Of a DNA stretch of 50,917 bases, positions 8,061-17,600 are shown one piece after another. Position numbers and translations under genes: made by a program. The stretch lies in assembly GCA_964395295.1 (NCBI GenBank), contig CAYNDR010000003.1:3594-54510 (forward strand), in the 5' to 3' direction. The stretch's first letter is position 1. The number at the start of each line of letters is the position of its first letter. Below the pieces are notes generated by a model. That model ran no database searches. It was not told the origin of the DNA and was given only the letters and a program-made list of their open reading frames with translations. Origin of the DNA: an uncultured Planctomycetales bacterium (lineage in GTDB: Bacteria; Planctomycetota; MHYJ01; JACPRB01).

Positions 8061-10742
8061 TTACCGGCGCCGCCGCTCCTTCCACCACTCGCGCGCCTCG
8101 GCGTCCGTGCAGATCTCGATCGCTCCCTCACGGTAGAGGTGGACGCAGTACCCCCCGTAATAGCTCTGATTCTCGCTCATGGCGCACAGGGCCTCCCGGA
8201 TCGTGCGGATCCCGTCGAGGGATATGCCTTCGTCGTGCGCCCGTAGGCGGGCGCGGACCTCGGGCGAAAGGCGCGAGGGGACGCCCAGGACCGTCCGGAG
8301 CATCCTGGGGATGTCCTTCAGGCATCCGGTCTGGTAGGGCGGGATGTCGGAGCCGATTTTCACGTAGGCCTCCGGGTGGGCCATGAAGTCCATCGCGCCC
8401 AGGATCGGCCCCCGGGGGACGTCGTCCTCCAGGAGCGCCGCCACCTCGTCGATCCCTCGATGGCCCAGCTGGGCCAGCGCCCGAGGCGCCGCGATGGCGT
8501 TGTCCCGGAGATGGGCCCGCAGGAACTCCACGGTGCCGGGGGCGCCGATGTCCGCCAGCGCCTGGATTGCCTGGACGCGCTCGTAGGAGTTCCCCGAAAG
8601 GACCATTTGGCGGAGCGCCGGCACCGCCTCCGCGATCCGCAGGCGCCCGAGGGACCGGATCGCGGCGATCTGAAGGTCCGGGTGGGGGCTCCGGAGCCGC
8701 GCCAGCAGGACGGGCGGCACCGAACGTTCGCCCGTGGCGGCCAGGGCGCGCATGGCGTCGCATCCGGCGTCGTTGCCTCCCAGGAAGAAACACCCGATCA
8801 TGGGCACCTCATCCTCGGCCCGGGGGACGTGCCGGCCGGCCTCGTTTCCGGCGAGGATCTTCAAGAGTCCCGGGACCGCCTCGGGAGGGGCCCAGTCCGC
8901 CAGGAGATCCACGTACCACTTTTCGGGCGGCCTCTCCCTGAGCTGGCGCCACACGAATTCCCGCGCGCCGGGGGCATCGAACTTGACCATGTCGTGGATG
9001 ATCGGGGAGTTGAATCGGTCCATCGCCCCTTCCGGAAGCGGCAGTTCGCCACCCCCCGTCTTGAAGAGGGACGACAGGGCCCGGAACCTGAGCGGGTCTG
9101 TCTTCGCCTCCCGTGAGATCCGGGACAGCGCCCCGCGCGCTCCCGCCCTCTCCAGGTAGACGAAGGCATCCTCCCCGAGAGTTCCGTGCGTCGCGAGTTT
9201 CGCCGCGCGTTCCACAAGGCGGTCCGATGGATAATCGCATAGGGCCTTGAGGAGCATGAGATCGGGGACGTCCGCCGCCAGGAAGACGTCCTCCGCCGCC
9301 GCGCGCCCGGAGTCCCCCTCCAGGCGGAGGAGGAACTCGGCGGCGCGGGCCGCCAGGGGGTCCGCGGGATCGCGGACGATCCGGCGCAGGACGCCCTCGA
9401 GGCCCCCACCCCCGGCGTGGATGAATCCCTCCTGCGTCACGGCATCGAGGATCGACTTCCGGATCGCCGCGTCCTTCTCCGTCTCCAGCCGCCGCGTCAC
9501 CTCGCGCTGGGCGTCGGGATGCTTCACCCAGGGAAGGGCGAAGCTCACCGCCTCACGGCGGCCGAGATCGCCGGAGTCCAGCATCCCGAGGAGCCGGCCG
9601 ATCGTCCGCCCGTCGGCCAGCCTGGCCGCGGCGGCGGCGCAGGCCCGATCCCCGTCCCTCATCGCGTCGCAAAGGGCATCGAAGAGATCCGGCACCTCCT
9701 CCCCCCATTGCAGGGCCTCCGCCACGGCGTGCCGCATGGGCCCGGGACCGGTACGGAGGATGTCCTCAAGGACGGCGATCACCGGAGGGGTTCGGATCCT
9801 CGTCATCGCCTTGAGATCGAATTGCAGGAGAGGCGCCTTCTCGCGCCACTTGAGGAACTGGCGGAGATAAGCCCCCTCGCAGGTGCGATCGGCGATCTCC
9901 GCGAGCGCCATGTTCGCCCATTTCTCCTCTTTCTGCATTTCGAACACCTTGATGACCCCCGGGAGGGCGGGCGCGAAGCGGATCTCCCGGATGACCTCCA
10001 ACGCCAGGATCTGGAGCCATTCGGGGACCGTATCCAGAATCCCGGCCAGTTCCCGCAGGCCCTCCCCGTCCCCCGCGCACGCCCGCAGGAGATCGAGGAC
10101 GCGTCCCGCGTCCGGATGGGAGGCCCGCGACATCGCGAGGAGGGGACGGTCCGCGGGGGAAACCCGGAGGACCGCCGTCCAGCCCAGGACGCGAAGCCAT
10201 TTCCGGCCGGCGTCGTCCCAGGCCTCGGGGGTCCATTGTTCGATCTCCCGGACCAGCTCCCGGATCGGCCGGCGCATCACGCGGGGCCCGCCGTGGAAGG
10301 GGCGCTTCTCCCGATAGAGGAATTCCGCCGCCATCTTCTTCAGCCCGCTCGCCGGCTGACCGAGCAGCTTGATCGCATAGGCCTCGAAGCGGTCCCGGAA
10401 TCCCTCCCAGGAAGGGTGATTCGTGGCGAACTCGAAGATCTCCTGGTGGGAATGCCGGTCCAGGGCCTCCCGCAGTTCCGGATATCGGACGAGGAGCATG
10501 GGATTCAGCGTGGATTCCCACTCGATCGCGAAGACCAGGTCGGCGATCCGGGCGCGGACTTCGGGATCCTCGTGGTCGATGGCCTTGCGCAGGTCCGCGA
10601 GTGCCGGCTCTCCGCGCGCCCGGATTTGCGCGGAGGCCTTCTCGCGGACCTTCACGTCCGGATCGGCCAGCCGGCGGATCAGATCGGGCACCGTCTCCTC
10701 CTGGAAGGCGGGGAGGAGGAGAAAGATGGCGAAGGGTGTCAT
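8061..10742 (-). CDS. HEAT-repeat protein (893 aa)
   Basis: Full track ORF. Repeated HEAT-like units (LADPDVKVREKASAQI, HEDPEVRARIADL, SPHPDLQIAAIRSLGRL, NSYERVQAIQALADIG). Short hydrophobic N-terminus MTPFAIFLLLPAF. Same strand as, and directly upstream of, the DUF4139 pair. Confidence 0.75.
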   Translation of the reverse strand: MTPFAIFLLLPAFQEETVPDLIRRLADPDVKVREKASAQIRARGEPALADLRKAIDHEDPEVRARIADLVFAIEWESTLNPMLLVRYPELREALDRHSHQEIFEFATNHPSWEGFRDRFEAYAIKLLGQPASGLKKMAAEFLYREKRPFHGGPRVMRRPIRELVREIEQWTPEAWDDAGRKWLRVLGWTAVLRVSPADRPLLAMSRASHPDAGRVLDLLRACAGDGEGLRELAGILDTVPEWLQILALEVIREIRFAPALPGVIKVFEMQKEEKWANMALAEIADRTCEGAYLRQFLKWREKAPLLQFDLKAMTRIRTPPVIAVLEDILRTGPGPMRHAVAEALQWGEEVPDLFDALCDAMRDGDRACAAAAARLADGRTIGRLLGMLDSGDLGRREAVSFALPWVKHPDAQREVTRRLETEKDAAIRKSILDAVTQEGFIHAGGGGLEGVLRRIVRDPADPLAARAAEFLLRLEGDSGRAAAEDVFLAADVPDLMLLKALCDYPSDRLVERAAKLATHGTLGEDAFVYLERAGARGALSRISREAKTDPLRFRALSSLFKTGGGELPLPEGAMDRFNSPIIHDMVKFDAPGAREFVWRQLRERPPEKWYVDLLADWAPPEAVPGLLKILAGNEAGRHVPRAEDEVPMIGCFFLGGNDAGCDAMRALAATGERSVPPVLLARLRSPHPDLQIAAIRSLGRLRIAEAVPALRQMVLSGNSYERVQAIQALADIGAPGTVEFLRAHLRDNAIAAPRALAQLGHRGIDEVAALLEDDVPRGPILGAMDFMAHPEAYVKIGSDIPPYQTGCLKDIPRMLRTVLGVPSRLSPEVRARLRAHDEGISLDGIRTIREALCAMSENQSYYGGYCVHLYREGAIEICTDAEAREWWKERRRR

Positions 10743-10819
10743 CCTTCTATCTTAGACGACACGGGGGAGGAGCAGTTGAAAAGGCCTCGCGTCCCCGGGA
10801 GGAGGTAAGAATCCGCTGA

Positions 10820-10839
10820 AATAGCGGCCCCGCGCTATT
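10820..10839 (-). terminator. Candidate hairpin overlapping the stop codon of the site-2 protease gene
   Basis: AATAGCG-GCCCCG-CGCTATT (7-bp stem, 6-nt loop). On the minus-strand RNA it is followed by UUUCAGCGGAUUCUU. Weak for an intrinsic terminator. Confidence 0.3.
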
Positions 10840-11890
10840 CCTCCCCGCGGCCGCGGCGGGAGGCCCGGTCGAGGATCCGCCGCTCCTCCGGGGTGAGACT
10901 GCCGATGCCTTCGCGGCTCACCTTGGCGAGGATCGCGTCGACCTTTCCGGCGATCTCCTCGGCCTCGCGGGCTTCCAGGGCGGCCCGCCTCTGGGCGCGG
11001 CGGGCGCGCCAGCGGGCGAAGAAGCCGGGCCTCCGGGATTTCCCTCCGGCGTCGGGCATGTACTGGTACTCGGGAGGGGCGCTGCCGAACGCGGGGTGGG
11101 CCTCCATCTCGCCCAGCCGGACCAGGCGCAGGATCTGGAACGCCTCGATGAGGATCCATGCGCCGATGAGGGTGAGCGTCAGGTCGCCCTGCGCCACTCC
11201 CCAGACGGCCATGGCGATGCCGATGACAAGGGCGATGCGCGCCGTCGCCGCGGCGGCCCATGCGCGGCCGCGGCGGATCGAGAGCCATGAGAACAGGATC
11301 CGGCCGCCGTCGAGCGGGTAGGCGGGGACGCAGAGGTTGAAGAGCCCCAGGATCAGGTTGATGCGGACCGCGTGGAGGAGGAAGACCTGGGGGAGGGAAA
11401 GATAGGGGAGGCCCCACCAGGGGGAGAAAGGATTCAGGTAGTTCCAGTCCCACGGGGCGCCCGTAAGGGCCAGCGCGCCCAGGCAGGCGCCGCCCAGCGC
11501 GAAGTTCGAGAGCGGCCCCGCCGCGGCGACCTTGATCTCGTCCCGCTCCGAGTTCGTCTGCCCCACATAGGCCAGGCCCCCCAGCGGCCAGAGGAGGATC
11601 TCCTCGGCGCCCGCGCCCACGCGGATCGCCATCCAGCAGTGGGCCAGCTCGTGGAACAGGATCACCGCGAACAGGATGGCCTCCGAGACGGCCTGCCACC
11701 CCATCGCCCGGGGGCCGTCGCGCATCCCCGCCTGGACGAGGAGGGCGGCGAGCATGATGACGAGAAAGAGGTGGACCCGCACCCGGATCCCGAAGATCCG
11801 GAAGATCGGGAAGGACCACGCGAGCAGGCCGATCGGAGCACCTCCCTTTCCGGTTCCATCCAGTCTAACCGCCCGCGCGTCGGGCCTCAA
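10835..11890 (-). CDS. Site-2 protease family (peptidase M50) membrane metalloprotease
   Basis: FRIFGIRVRVHLFLVI start typical of M50. HELAHC zinc motif. NLCVPAYPLDGGR second motif. Multiple TM segments. The exact start is uncertain, since the first about 25 aa of the ORF may be untranslated. Confidence 0.8.
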   Translation of the reverse strand: MRPDARAVRLDGTGKGGAPIGLLAWSFPIFRIFGIRVRVHLFLVIMLAALLVQAGMRDGPRAMGWQAVSEAILFAVILFHELAHCWMAIRVGAGAEEILLWPLGGLAYVGQTNSERDEIKVAAAGPLSNFALGGACLGALALTGAPWDWNYLNPFSPWWGLPYLSLPQVFLLHAVRINLILGLFNLCVPAYPLDGGRILFSWLSIRRGRAWAAAATARIALVIGIAMAVWGVAQGDLTLTLIGAWILIEAFQILRLVRLGEMEAHPAFGSAPPEYQYMPDAGGKSRRPGFFARWRARRAQRRAALEAREAEEIAGKVDAILAKVSREGIGSLTPEERRILDRASRRGRGEE

Positions 11891-11918
11891 AAAGAAACCA
11901 CAACGGGACTCCCCGCGC

Positions 11919-11924
11919 TATAAT
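11919..11924 (+). promoter_or_regulatory. Candidate -10 box (TATAAT) for the fucosidase gene
   Basis: A perfect TATAAT in GC-rich divergent intergenic DNA, about 45 nt upstream of the ATG at 11970. No convincing -35. Confidence 0.3.
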
Positions 11925-11969
11925 CGCCCGCGCGCCAGACGTCCCCTCCACCAGCGAAAGGAGCCCTTC

Positions 11970-13472
11970 ATGAGCCCGATCCCGAGGTGCGCGGCCGCGC
12001 TGGCCCTCCTGCCGGCCCTGGCCCTCCCCGCGGGCGGGGCGTGCGCGGCCCAGCAGAAGTACGAGCCCTCGTGGGAGTCGCTGGACAAGCGCCCGGCGCC
12101 CGAGTGGTACCTCGACGCCAAGTTCGGCATCTTCATCCACTGGGGCATCTACGCCGTCCCGGCGTGGGCGCCCGTGGGCGAGTACGCCGAGTGGTACTGG
12201 CACAACGTGGGCAACAAGCCCGCCGACCAGCGCGGCGAGAAGGACGACAAGAACAAGTGGTGGGCCCACCACAAGGAGAAGTGGGGGAAGGACTTCACCT
12301 ACGAGAAGTTCGCCCCGATGTTCAAGACCGAGAAGTTCGACGCCGACGAGTGGGCGAAGCTCTTCGTCGAGGCCGGCGCCCGGTACGTGGTCCCCACCAG
12401 CAAGCACCACGACGGCTTCTGCCTCTGGCCCAGCAAGGAGGCCACCGCCGCGTGGGGGCGGCCCTGGAACGCCATGGAGACGGGCCCGAAGCGGGACCTC
12501 CTGGGGGAGCTGGCCGCGGCCTGCCGCCGGCAGGGCCTCAAGTTCGGCTTCTACTATTCGTACTACGAGTGGTTCAACCCGATCTGGCTCAAGGACCGCA
12601 AGGCCTTCGTGGAACAGCACATGATCCCGCAGTACAAGGACGTGGTGGCCCGCTACAAGCCCTCGATCGTCTTCCTCGACGGCGAGTGGGACATGCCGCC
12701 CGAGAGCTGGAAGAGCCAGGAGCTCATGGCGTGGCTCTACAACGAGGCGCCCAGCCGCGGCGAGGCCATCATCAACGACCGGCTGGGGAAGGACTGCCGC
12801 CACAAGCACGGCGGATACTACACGACGGAGTACGGCGCCGGCCTGCCGAACGCCGACCACCCGTGGGAGGAGAACCGCGGGATGGGCTACTCCTACGGCT
12901 TCAACCAGGCCGAGCAGGAGAAGGACTACCGGACCGGCAGGGAGCTCACGATCATGCTGGCGGACCTCGTGAGCCGCGGCGGGAACCTCCTGCTCAACAT
13001 CGGGCCGAAGGCCGACGGGACCATCCCCGAGGTGATGAAGGGGCGCCTCCTCGAGATCGGCCGGTGGCTCAAGGCCAACGGGGAGGCCATCCACGGGACG
13101 CGGACCTTCGCCCGCATCTGCCAGTGGTCGGACGGCCGGCGCCAGGACCAGAAGTTCGGCGAGTACAAGGTGAAGTACGACCTCATGAACATGATCGGCC
13201 CGGAGCCCAGGGACGGGAAGGCCGTCAAGCAGTGCTTCTTCACCGCGAAGCCCGGCGCGGTCTACGCCATCTTCCCCTACTGGCCGGGGAAGCAGGCGGT
13301 GCTCAGGGAGTTCTCGGCCTCGCCCTCGACGAAGGTCACCCTGCTCGGGGTGGACCGCCCGCTCAAGTTCAAGGCGGAGGGCGGGAACATCGCGGCGGAC
13401 CTGGAGGGGATCGACCCCGCGAAGCTCCCCTTCGAGCACGCCTACACGATCAAGATGACGGACGTGAAGTGA
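11970..13472 (+). CDS. Alpha-L-fucosidase, glycoside hydrolase family 29 (secreted)
   Basis: ATG at 11970 after GAAAGGAG. Signal peptide MSPIPRCAAALALLPALALPAGGACA. GH29 N-terminal signature WYLDAKFGIFIHWGIYAVPAW...YAEWYW, and GARYVVPTSKHHDGFCLWPS. Confidence 0.9.
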   Translation: MSPIPRCAAALALLPALALPAGGACAAQQKYEPSWESLDKRPAPEWYLDAKFGIFIHWGIYAVPAWAPVGEYAEWYWHNVGNKPADQRGEKDDKNKWWAHHKEKWGKDFTYEKFAPMFKTEKFDADEWAKLFVEAGARYVVPTSKHHDGFCLWPSKEATAAWGRPWNAMETGPKRDLLGELAAACRRQGLKFGFYYSYYEWFNPIWLKDRKAFVEQHMIPQYKDVVARYKPSIVFLDGEWDMPPESWKSQELMAWLYNEAPSRGEAIINDRLGKDCRHKHGGYYTTEYGAGLPNADHPWEENRGMGYSYGFNQAEQEKDYRTGRELTIMLADLVSRGGNLLLNIGPKADGTIPEVMKGRLLEIGRWLKANGEAIHGTRTFARICQWSDGRRQDQKFGEYKVKYDLMNMIGPEPRDGKAVKQCFFTAKPGAVYAIFPYWPGKQAVLREFSASPSTKVTLLGVDRPLKFKAEGGNIAADLEGIDPAKLPFEHAYTIKMTDVK

Positions 13473-13476
13473 GGGG

Positions 13477-14370
13477 GTGGACGTGAACCCGTCCGAGAAG
13501 ATCTTCAAGCTGAGCCCGTCCGACTTCGCTTTCCTCTGGGAGCAGTGCAAGCGCTGTTTCTACATCAAGGCCACGCGCGGCATCCGCCAGCCCTCGATGC
13601 CGATGGCGGGCATCTTCAAGAAGCTCGAAGGCCTGCAGATGAAGTTCTACGAGGGCCGCCCCACGGGCGACATCTCCGCCGACCTGCACCCCGGCGTGAT
13701 CCGATGCGGCGGGGGGTGGGTCGAGTCCGGGGGGATGCGGCCCGAGGGGCGGAAGTCGGGCGCCTACGTGGTCGGGAAGATCGACTCGCTCGTGGAGTTC
13801 GAGGACAAGAGCTGGGGCGTCCTCGACTTCAAGACCACGGAGACGAGGGGGGAGCACCTGTCCAAGTACGGGAGGCAGCTCAACGCGTACGCCTACGGTC
13901 TCCAGCACCCGGCATCGACTCCCCGGTCGGTCAAGGGGGAGCCCCTGAAGCTTTCGCCCATCTCGAGGATCGGCCTGCTCTGCATGGAGCCCTCGGCGCT
14001 CACCCAGCCCGAGGCGGGGCGCCACGTCTACGAAGCGGCGGTGAAGTGGATCGATCTCCCGCAGGACGCCGCGGCCTTCCGGGCGTTCGTCGGGGAGATC
14101 CTGGCGCTCCTGGAGGGGCCTCTGCCCCCGCCCACTCCGGAGTGCGACTGGTGCCAGTACGTCAGGACGCTGGGCGGGGCGCCGCCCCCGGCCCCCGCCG
14201 CGCCGCCGGGGCCCAGGCCGGAGGGGACGGCGGCCTCGTGCCCGAACTGCGGCGCCCCCATGGTCCAGAAGTCGGGCCGCTACGGGCCGTTCCTCTCCTG
14301 CACGCGCTACCCGGACTGCCGGTGGACGCGCAAGCTCGGGAAGGAGCGCCCGGCCTCGAAGGCCCCGTGA
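13477..14370 (+). CDS. Cas4/RecB-like PD-(D/E)XK nuclease fused to a topoisomerase-type C4 zinc finger
   Basis: GKIDSLVEF...GVLDFKT (D...D-x-K core) and QLNAYAY (QxxxY). Cys pairs CKRC (N-terminal) and CDWC (after the core). A P/A linker, then CPNCGAPMVQKSGRYGPFLSCTRYPDC (zf-C4_Topoisom pattern). A GTG start at 13477 or 13483 lies 4-10 nt after the fucosidase stop, so the start is uncertain. Confidence 0.65.
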   Translation: MDVNPSEKIFKLSPSDFAFLWEQCKRCFYIKATRGIRQPSMPMAGIFKKLEGLQMKFYEGRPTGDISADLHPGVIRCGGGWVESGGMRPEGRKSGAYVVGKIDSLVEFEDKSWGVLDFKTTETRGEHLSKYGRQLNAYAYGLQHPASTPRSVKGEPLKLSPISRIGLLCMEPSALTQPEAGRHVYEAAVKWIDLPQDAAAFRAFVGEILALLEGPLPPPTPECDWCQYVRTLGGAPPPAPAAPPGPRPEGTAASCPNCGAPMVQKSGRYGPFLSCTRYPDCRWTRKLGKERPASKAP

Positions 14371-14599
14371 AGGGGTAGACCGTGCTCCGGCTGATAGGCT
14401 CGCCGTAGAGGCACGGGGCCCTTGCCCTTGGGCCGCCTCGGATTGTCCTCCGCAACCGGCGGAGGCGGCAAAGGGGGGAGGCATTGGCCTTCTCTCATCT
14501 CGTTGGATCGGATTCGATGTGTTCCCTGGCCGTCCTCCCGCCTGCGTTTCGACTTCCCTCCGTCTGCATAACAGGCTGGCATGGCGCTTCCACCCTGCA

Positions 14600-14605
14600 T
14601 ATAAT
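14600..14605 (+). promoter_or_regulatory. Candidate -10 box (TATAAT) 9 nt upstream of the SNF2 gene ATG (near-leaderless transcript)
   Basis: GCATATAATCCCATTCTCATG. A perfect TATAAT with only a weak -35 (TGGCAT at 17-nt spacing). No Shine-Dalgarno sequence between the box and the ATG. Confidence 0.35.
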
Positions 14606-14614
14606 CCCATTCTC

Positions 14615-17600
14615 ATGACCTCGCGTTTCTTTACGAACCAGGGTGATCAGACCCTTCTGCGGAAGTTCAAGGGTGTCTTTGAGCACAACCCGGACATCGA
14701 GTGGTTTGATGCCCTGGTGGGCTACCTCCGCGCCTCCGGCTACTTCGCCGTTCGGCCCCACATGGAGAAGGTGCCGCACATTCGCATCCTCGTAGGCATT
14801 AACGTCGACGCCATCATGGCGGACTACCACCGGCGAGGGTTGCTCTTCCTTGCCGATCCAACCCGGGCGCTGGAGGAGGTCAAGGCCGACCTCCACAAGG
14901 ACATTCAGTCGGCAACCTATTCACCGGAGGTCGAGAAAGGCATCCTCCAGTTCGTCGAGGACGTCGTAAGCAAGAAGATCGAACTGCGCGCGCATCCGAC
15001 CAAGAGGCTGCATGCGAAGCTGTATATCTTCCGGCCCCAGGGCTTCTGCGAGCACCGGCCCGGGGCCGTCATCACCGGATCGTCGAACTTGACGGATGCG
15101 GGCCTCGGCACGCACGGCGACGACTCGAACTACGAGTTCAACGTCCTGTTGCACGATCAAAGGGATGTCCAGTTCGCCTCGGACGAGTTCGAGCGCCTCT
15201 GGAAGGAATCCTTCGATATCCTGCCGAAGGTGCTTGCCGAGGTGCGCGACCGCACCTATCTGGCTGCGCCCGTCACGCCCCAGGAACTCTACTACAAACT
15301 CCTCGCCGAATATTTCGGTCCCGCCATCGAATACGACCCTGATGCCGTGGCCGATCTGCCGGACGGCTTCAAGCGCCTGACGTACCAGATCGACGCCGTG
15401 GCCCAGGGGTTTCGGTTGATGGAGAAGTACGGCGGCTTCTTCCTGGCCGATGTCGTCGGTCTCGGGAAAACAGTCATTGCCACGCTCATCGCCAAGAAGT
15501 ACTTTTTCTGCAACGGTTTTCCGGAGCACCGGTCTCACACCCTGGTCGTCGTTCCTCCAGCGCTGCGCGACGGCTGGGAGAGCACCCTGGGCAGTTTCCG
15601 TCTGGACAACTACAAGATCGTCAACAACGGAAGCCTTCACAAGATCGCCAATCCGGAGAAATACGATGTCGTGATCGTGGACGAAGCGCACAAGTTCCGC
15701 AACGACACCGCCGAAGGCTTCAACGAGCTCCAGCGCATCTGCAAGACGCCCACGACGCGCGTGTTGCCGGACGGCTCCCGCCGGCGCAAGCGCGTGATGC
15801 TCGTCACCGCCACGCCCCTGAACAACCGCCCGGACGACATCCGAAATCTCATCGCGCTATTCCAGGACCTCAAGGGCTCCACGCTGGAAATCTCGAATCT
15901 CCAGCATTTCTTCGCCCAGCGGGAGAAGGAATACCGCAAGGCCCGCTTGGAGCCCAAGATCCGCGACGCCCGCAGACAGGTGAAGCAGATCTACGAAACC
16001 ATCCGCACGAAGGTGATTTCGGAGATCATCGTACGGCGGACGCGCACCGACTTGCGCGAGCATGAGGAGTACAAGCGCGACATCGAGGAGCAGGGCGTCG
16101 TTTTCCCGGACATCGCCAAACCGCGGCACGTCCTTTATCCGCTATCGCGCGCGCTCGAGGACCTCTACGATCGCACGATGGGCCTGCTGTCGCTCACCGA
16201 CGGCTCCGGATTCACCTATAACCGTTACCGTGCCATCGGGTTCCTCAAGCCCGAGAAGAAGCAGAAGTACCAGCAAGCGGATCGGATTTCTTTGCAGCTC
16301 GCGGTGATCATGCGGCTCCTGCTCGTGAAACGCCTCGACAGCAGCTTTCACGCCTTTCGCGAATCGCTCCGGCGGTTCCGCGACGCGACGGGAGTCATGA
16401 GGGACATGTTCAGAAAGGGCACCATCTACATCGCGCCGAATCTCAAGGTGACGGAGTTCCTGCTCGAAGGGCGCGAAGAGGAGCTTATCGCCCTCATCGC
16501 GGAACAGCAGGCCACCGACCCGACCATCGAGGTTTGCGCCCCTGACGATTTCGAGCCCGGTTTTCTCCCCGGGCTGGAACGCGACTGGAAGCTTCTGGAC
16601 GGCCTTTGGGGGGAGTGGGAAGGGTTCAAGGCCGAAGACCCGAAGTTCGATGAGTTCCTGATTCGGCTGAAAGGGGAACTCCTCGACCGGAGCATCAATC
16701 ACGAGGGCAGGAAGCTGGTCGTGTTCTCGGAGTCGCGCGAGACCACCGAATACATCGCCCGACGGCTCGCTGAGGAGGGATTCGATCGGATCCTCACCGT
16801 GGATTCCAGCACCCGCGCCAGTCGCATGCCCATCGTTCGCGCGAACTTCGACGCGAATTCATCCGAAAGGAAACACGATATCGATATCCTTGTCTCGACG
16901 GAAGTCCTCGCCGAGGGCATCAACCTGCATCGGGCGAACGTCGTCGTGAACTACGACACCCCGTGGAACTCGACCCGCCTCATGCAGCGCATGGGCCGTG
17001 TCAATCGCATCGGGGCGGTGGCCCCCCGCATCTACATCTACAATTTCTACCCGACGGCCCGGGTGGACGACGACATTGAACTACGCAAGACGGCGGTGAT
17101 GAAATTGCAGGCCTTCCACACCGCGCTGGGAGAGGACAGCCAGATATATTCCGTCGACGAGGAAGTCGGCACCTTCGGCCTTTTCGATCGCGCGCCGGAA
17201 GAGGTGGAGCGGGACGAGCGCCTGGCTCTCCTCATGGAACTGCGCCAGTTCCGTCGTGACCGACCCGAGGCATTCCAGCGAGTGCAGGCACTCCCGCTCC
17301 GCGCCAGGACCGGGCGCCAGGACATCCAGCGCGAGGCCGGCACCGTGGCGTTCATCCGCAACCGCCGGCGCGACGCTTTCTATCGCATCAATGCAGGCAA
17401 ATCTCCGGAAGAGATCACCTTTCTCGATGCGGCCCGCGAGTTTCGCGCCCCCGATCCGTCGGAGCCGTCCGTGCCCCTGCCCTCCACTCACCACGGACAG
17501 GTGCAGAGCGCGATCCAGGCCTTCCGCGAGGCCGTCATTGCCGAGGCCCTTGAGACGGAAATCGTGGACGCCCGTCAGGGGCCGAACGAACGGCGCGCGC

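Noticed and set aside
14447-14465. Hairpin CCTCCGC-AACCG-GCGGAGG downstream of the PD-(D/E)XK gene as an intrinsic terminator.
   Set aside because: It lies 77 nt after the stop and no T-rich tract follows on the sense strand. It also overlaps the left direct-repeat candidate, so its role is ambiguous.
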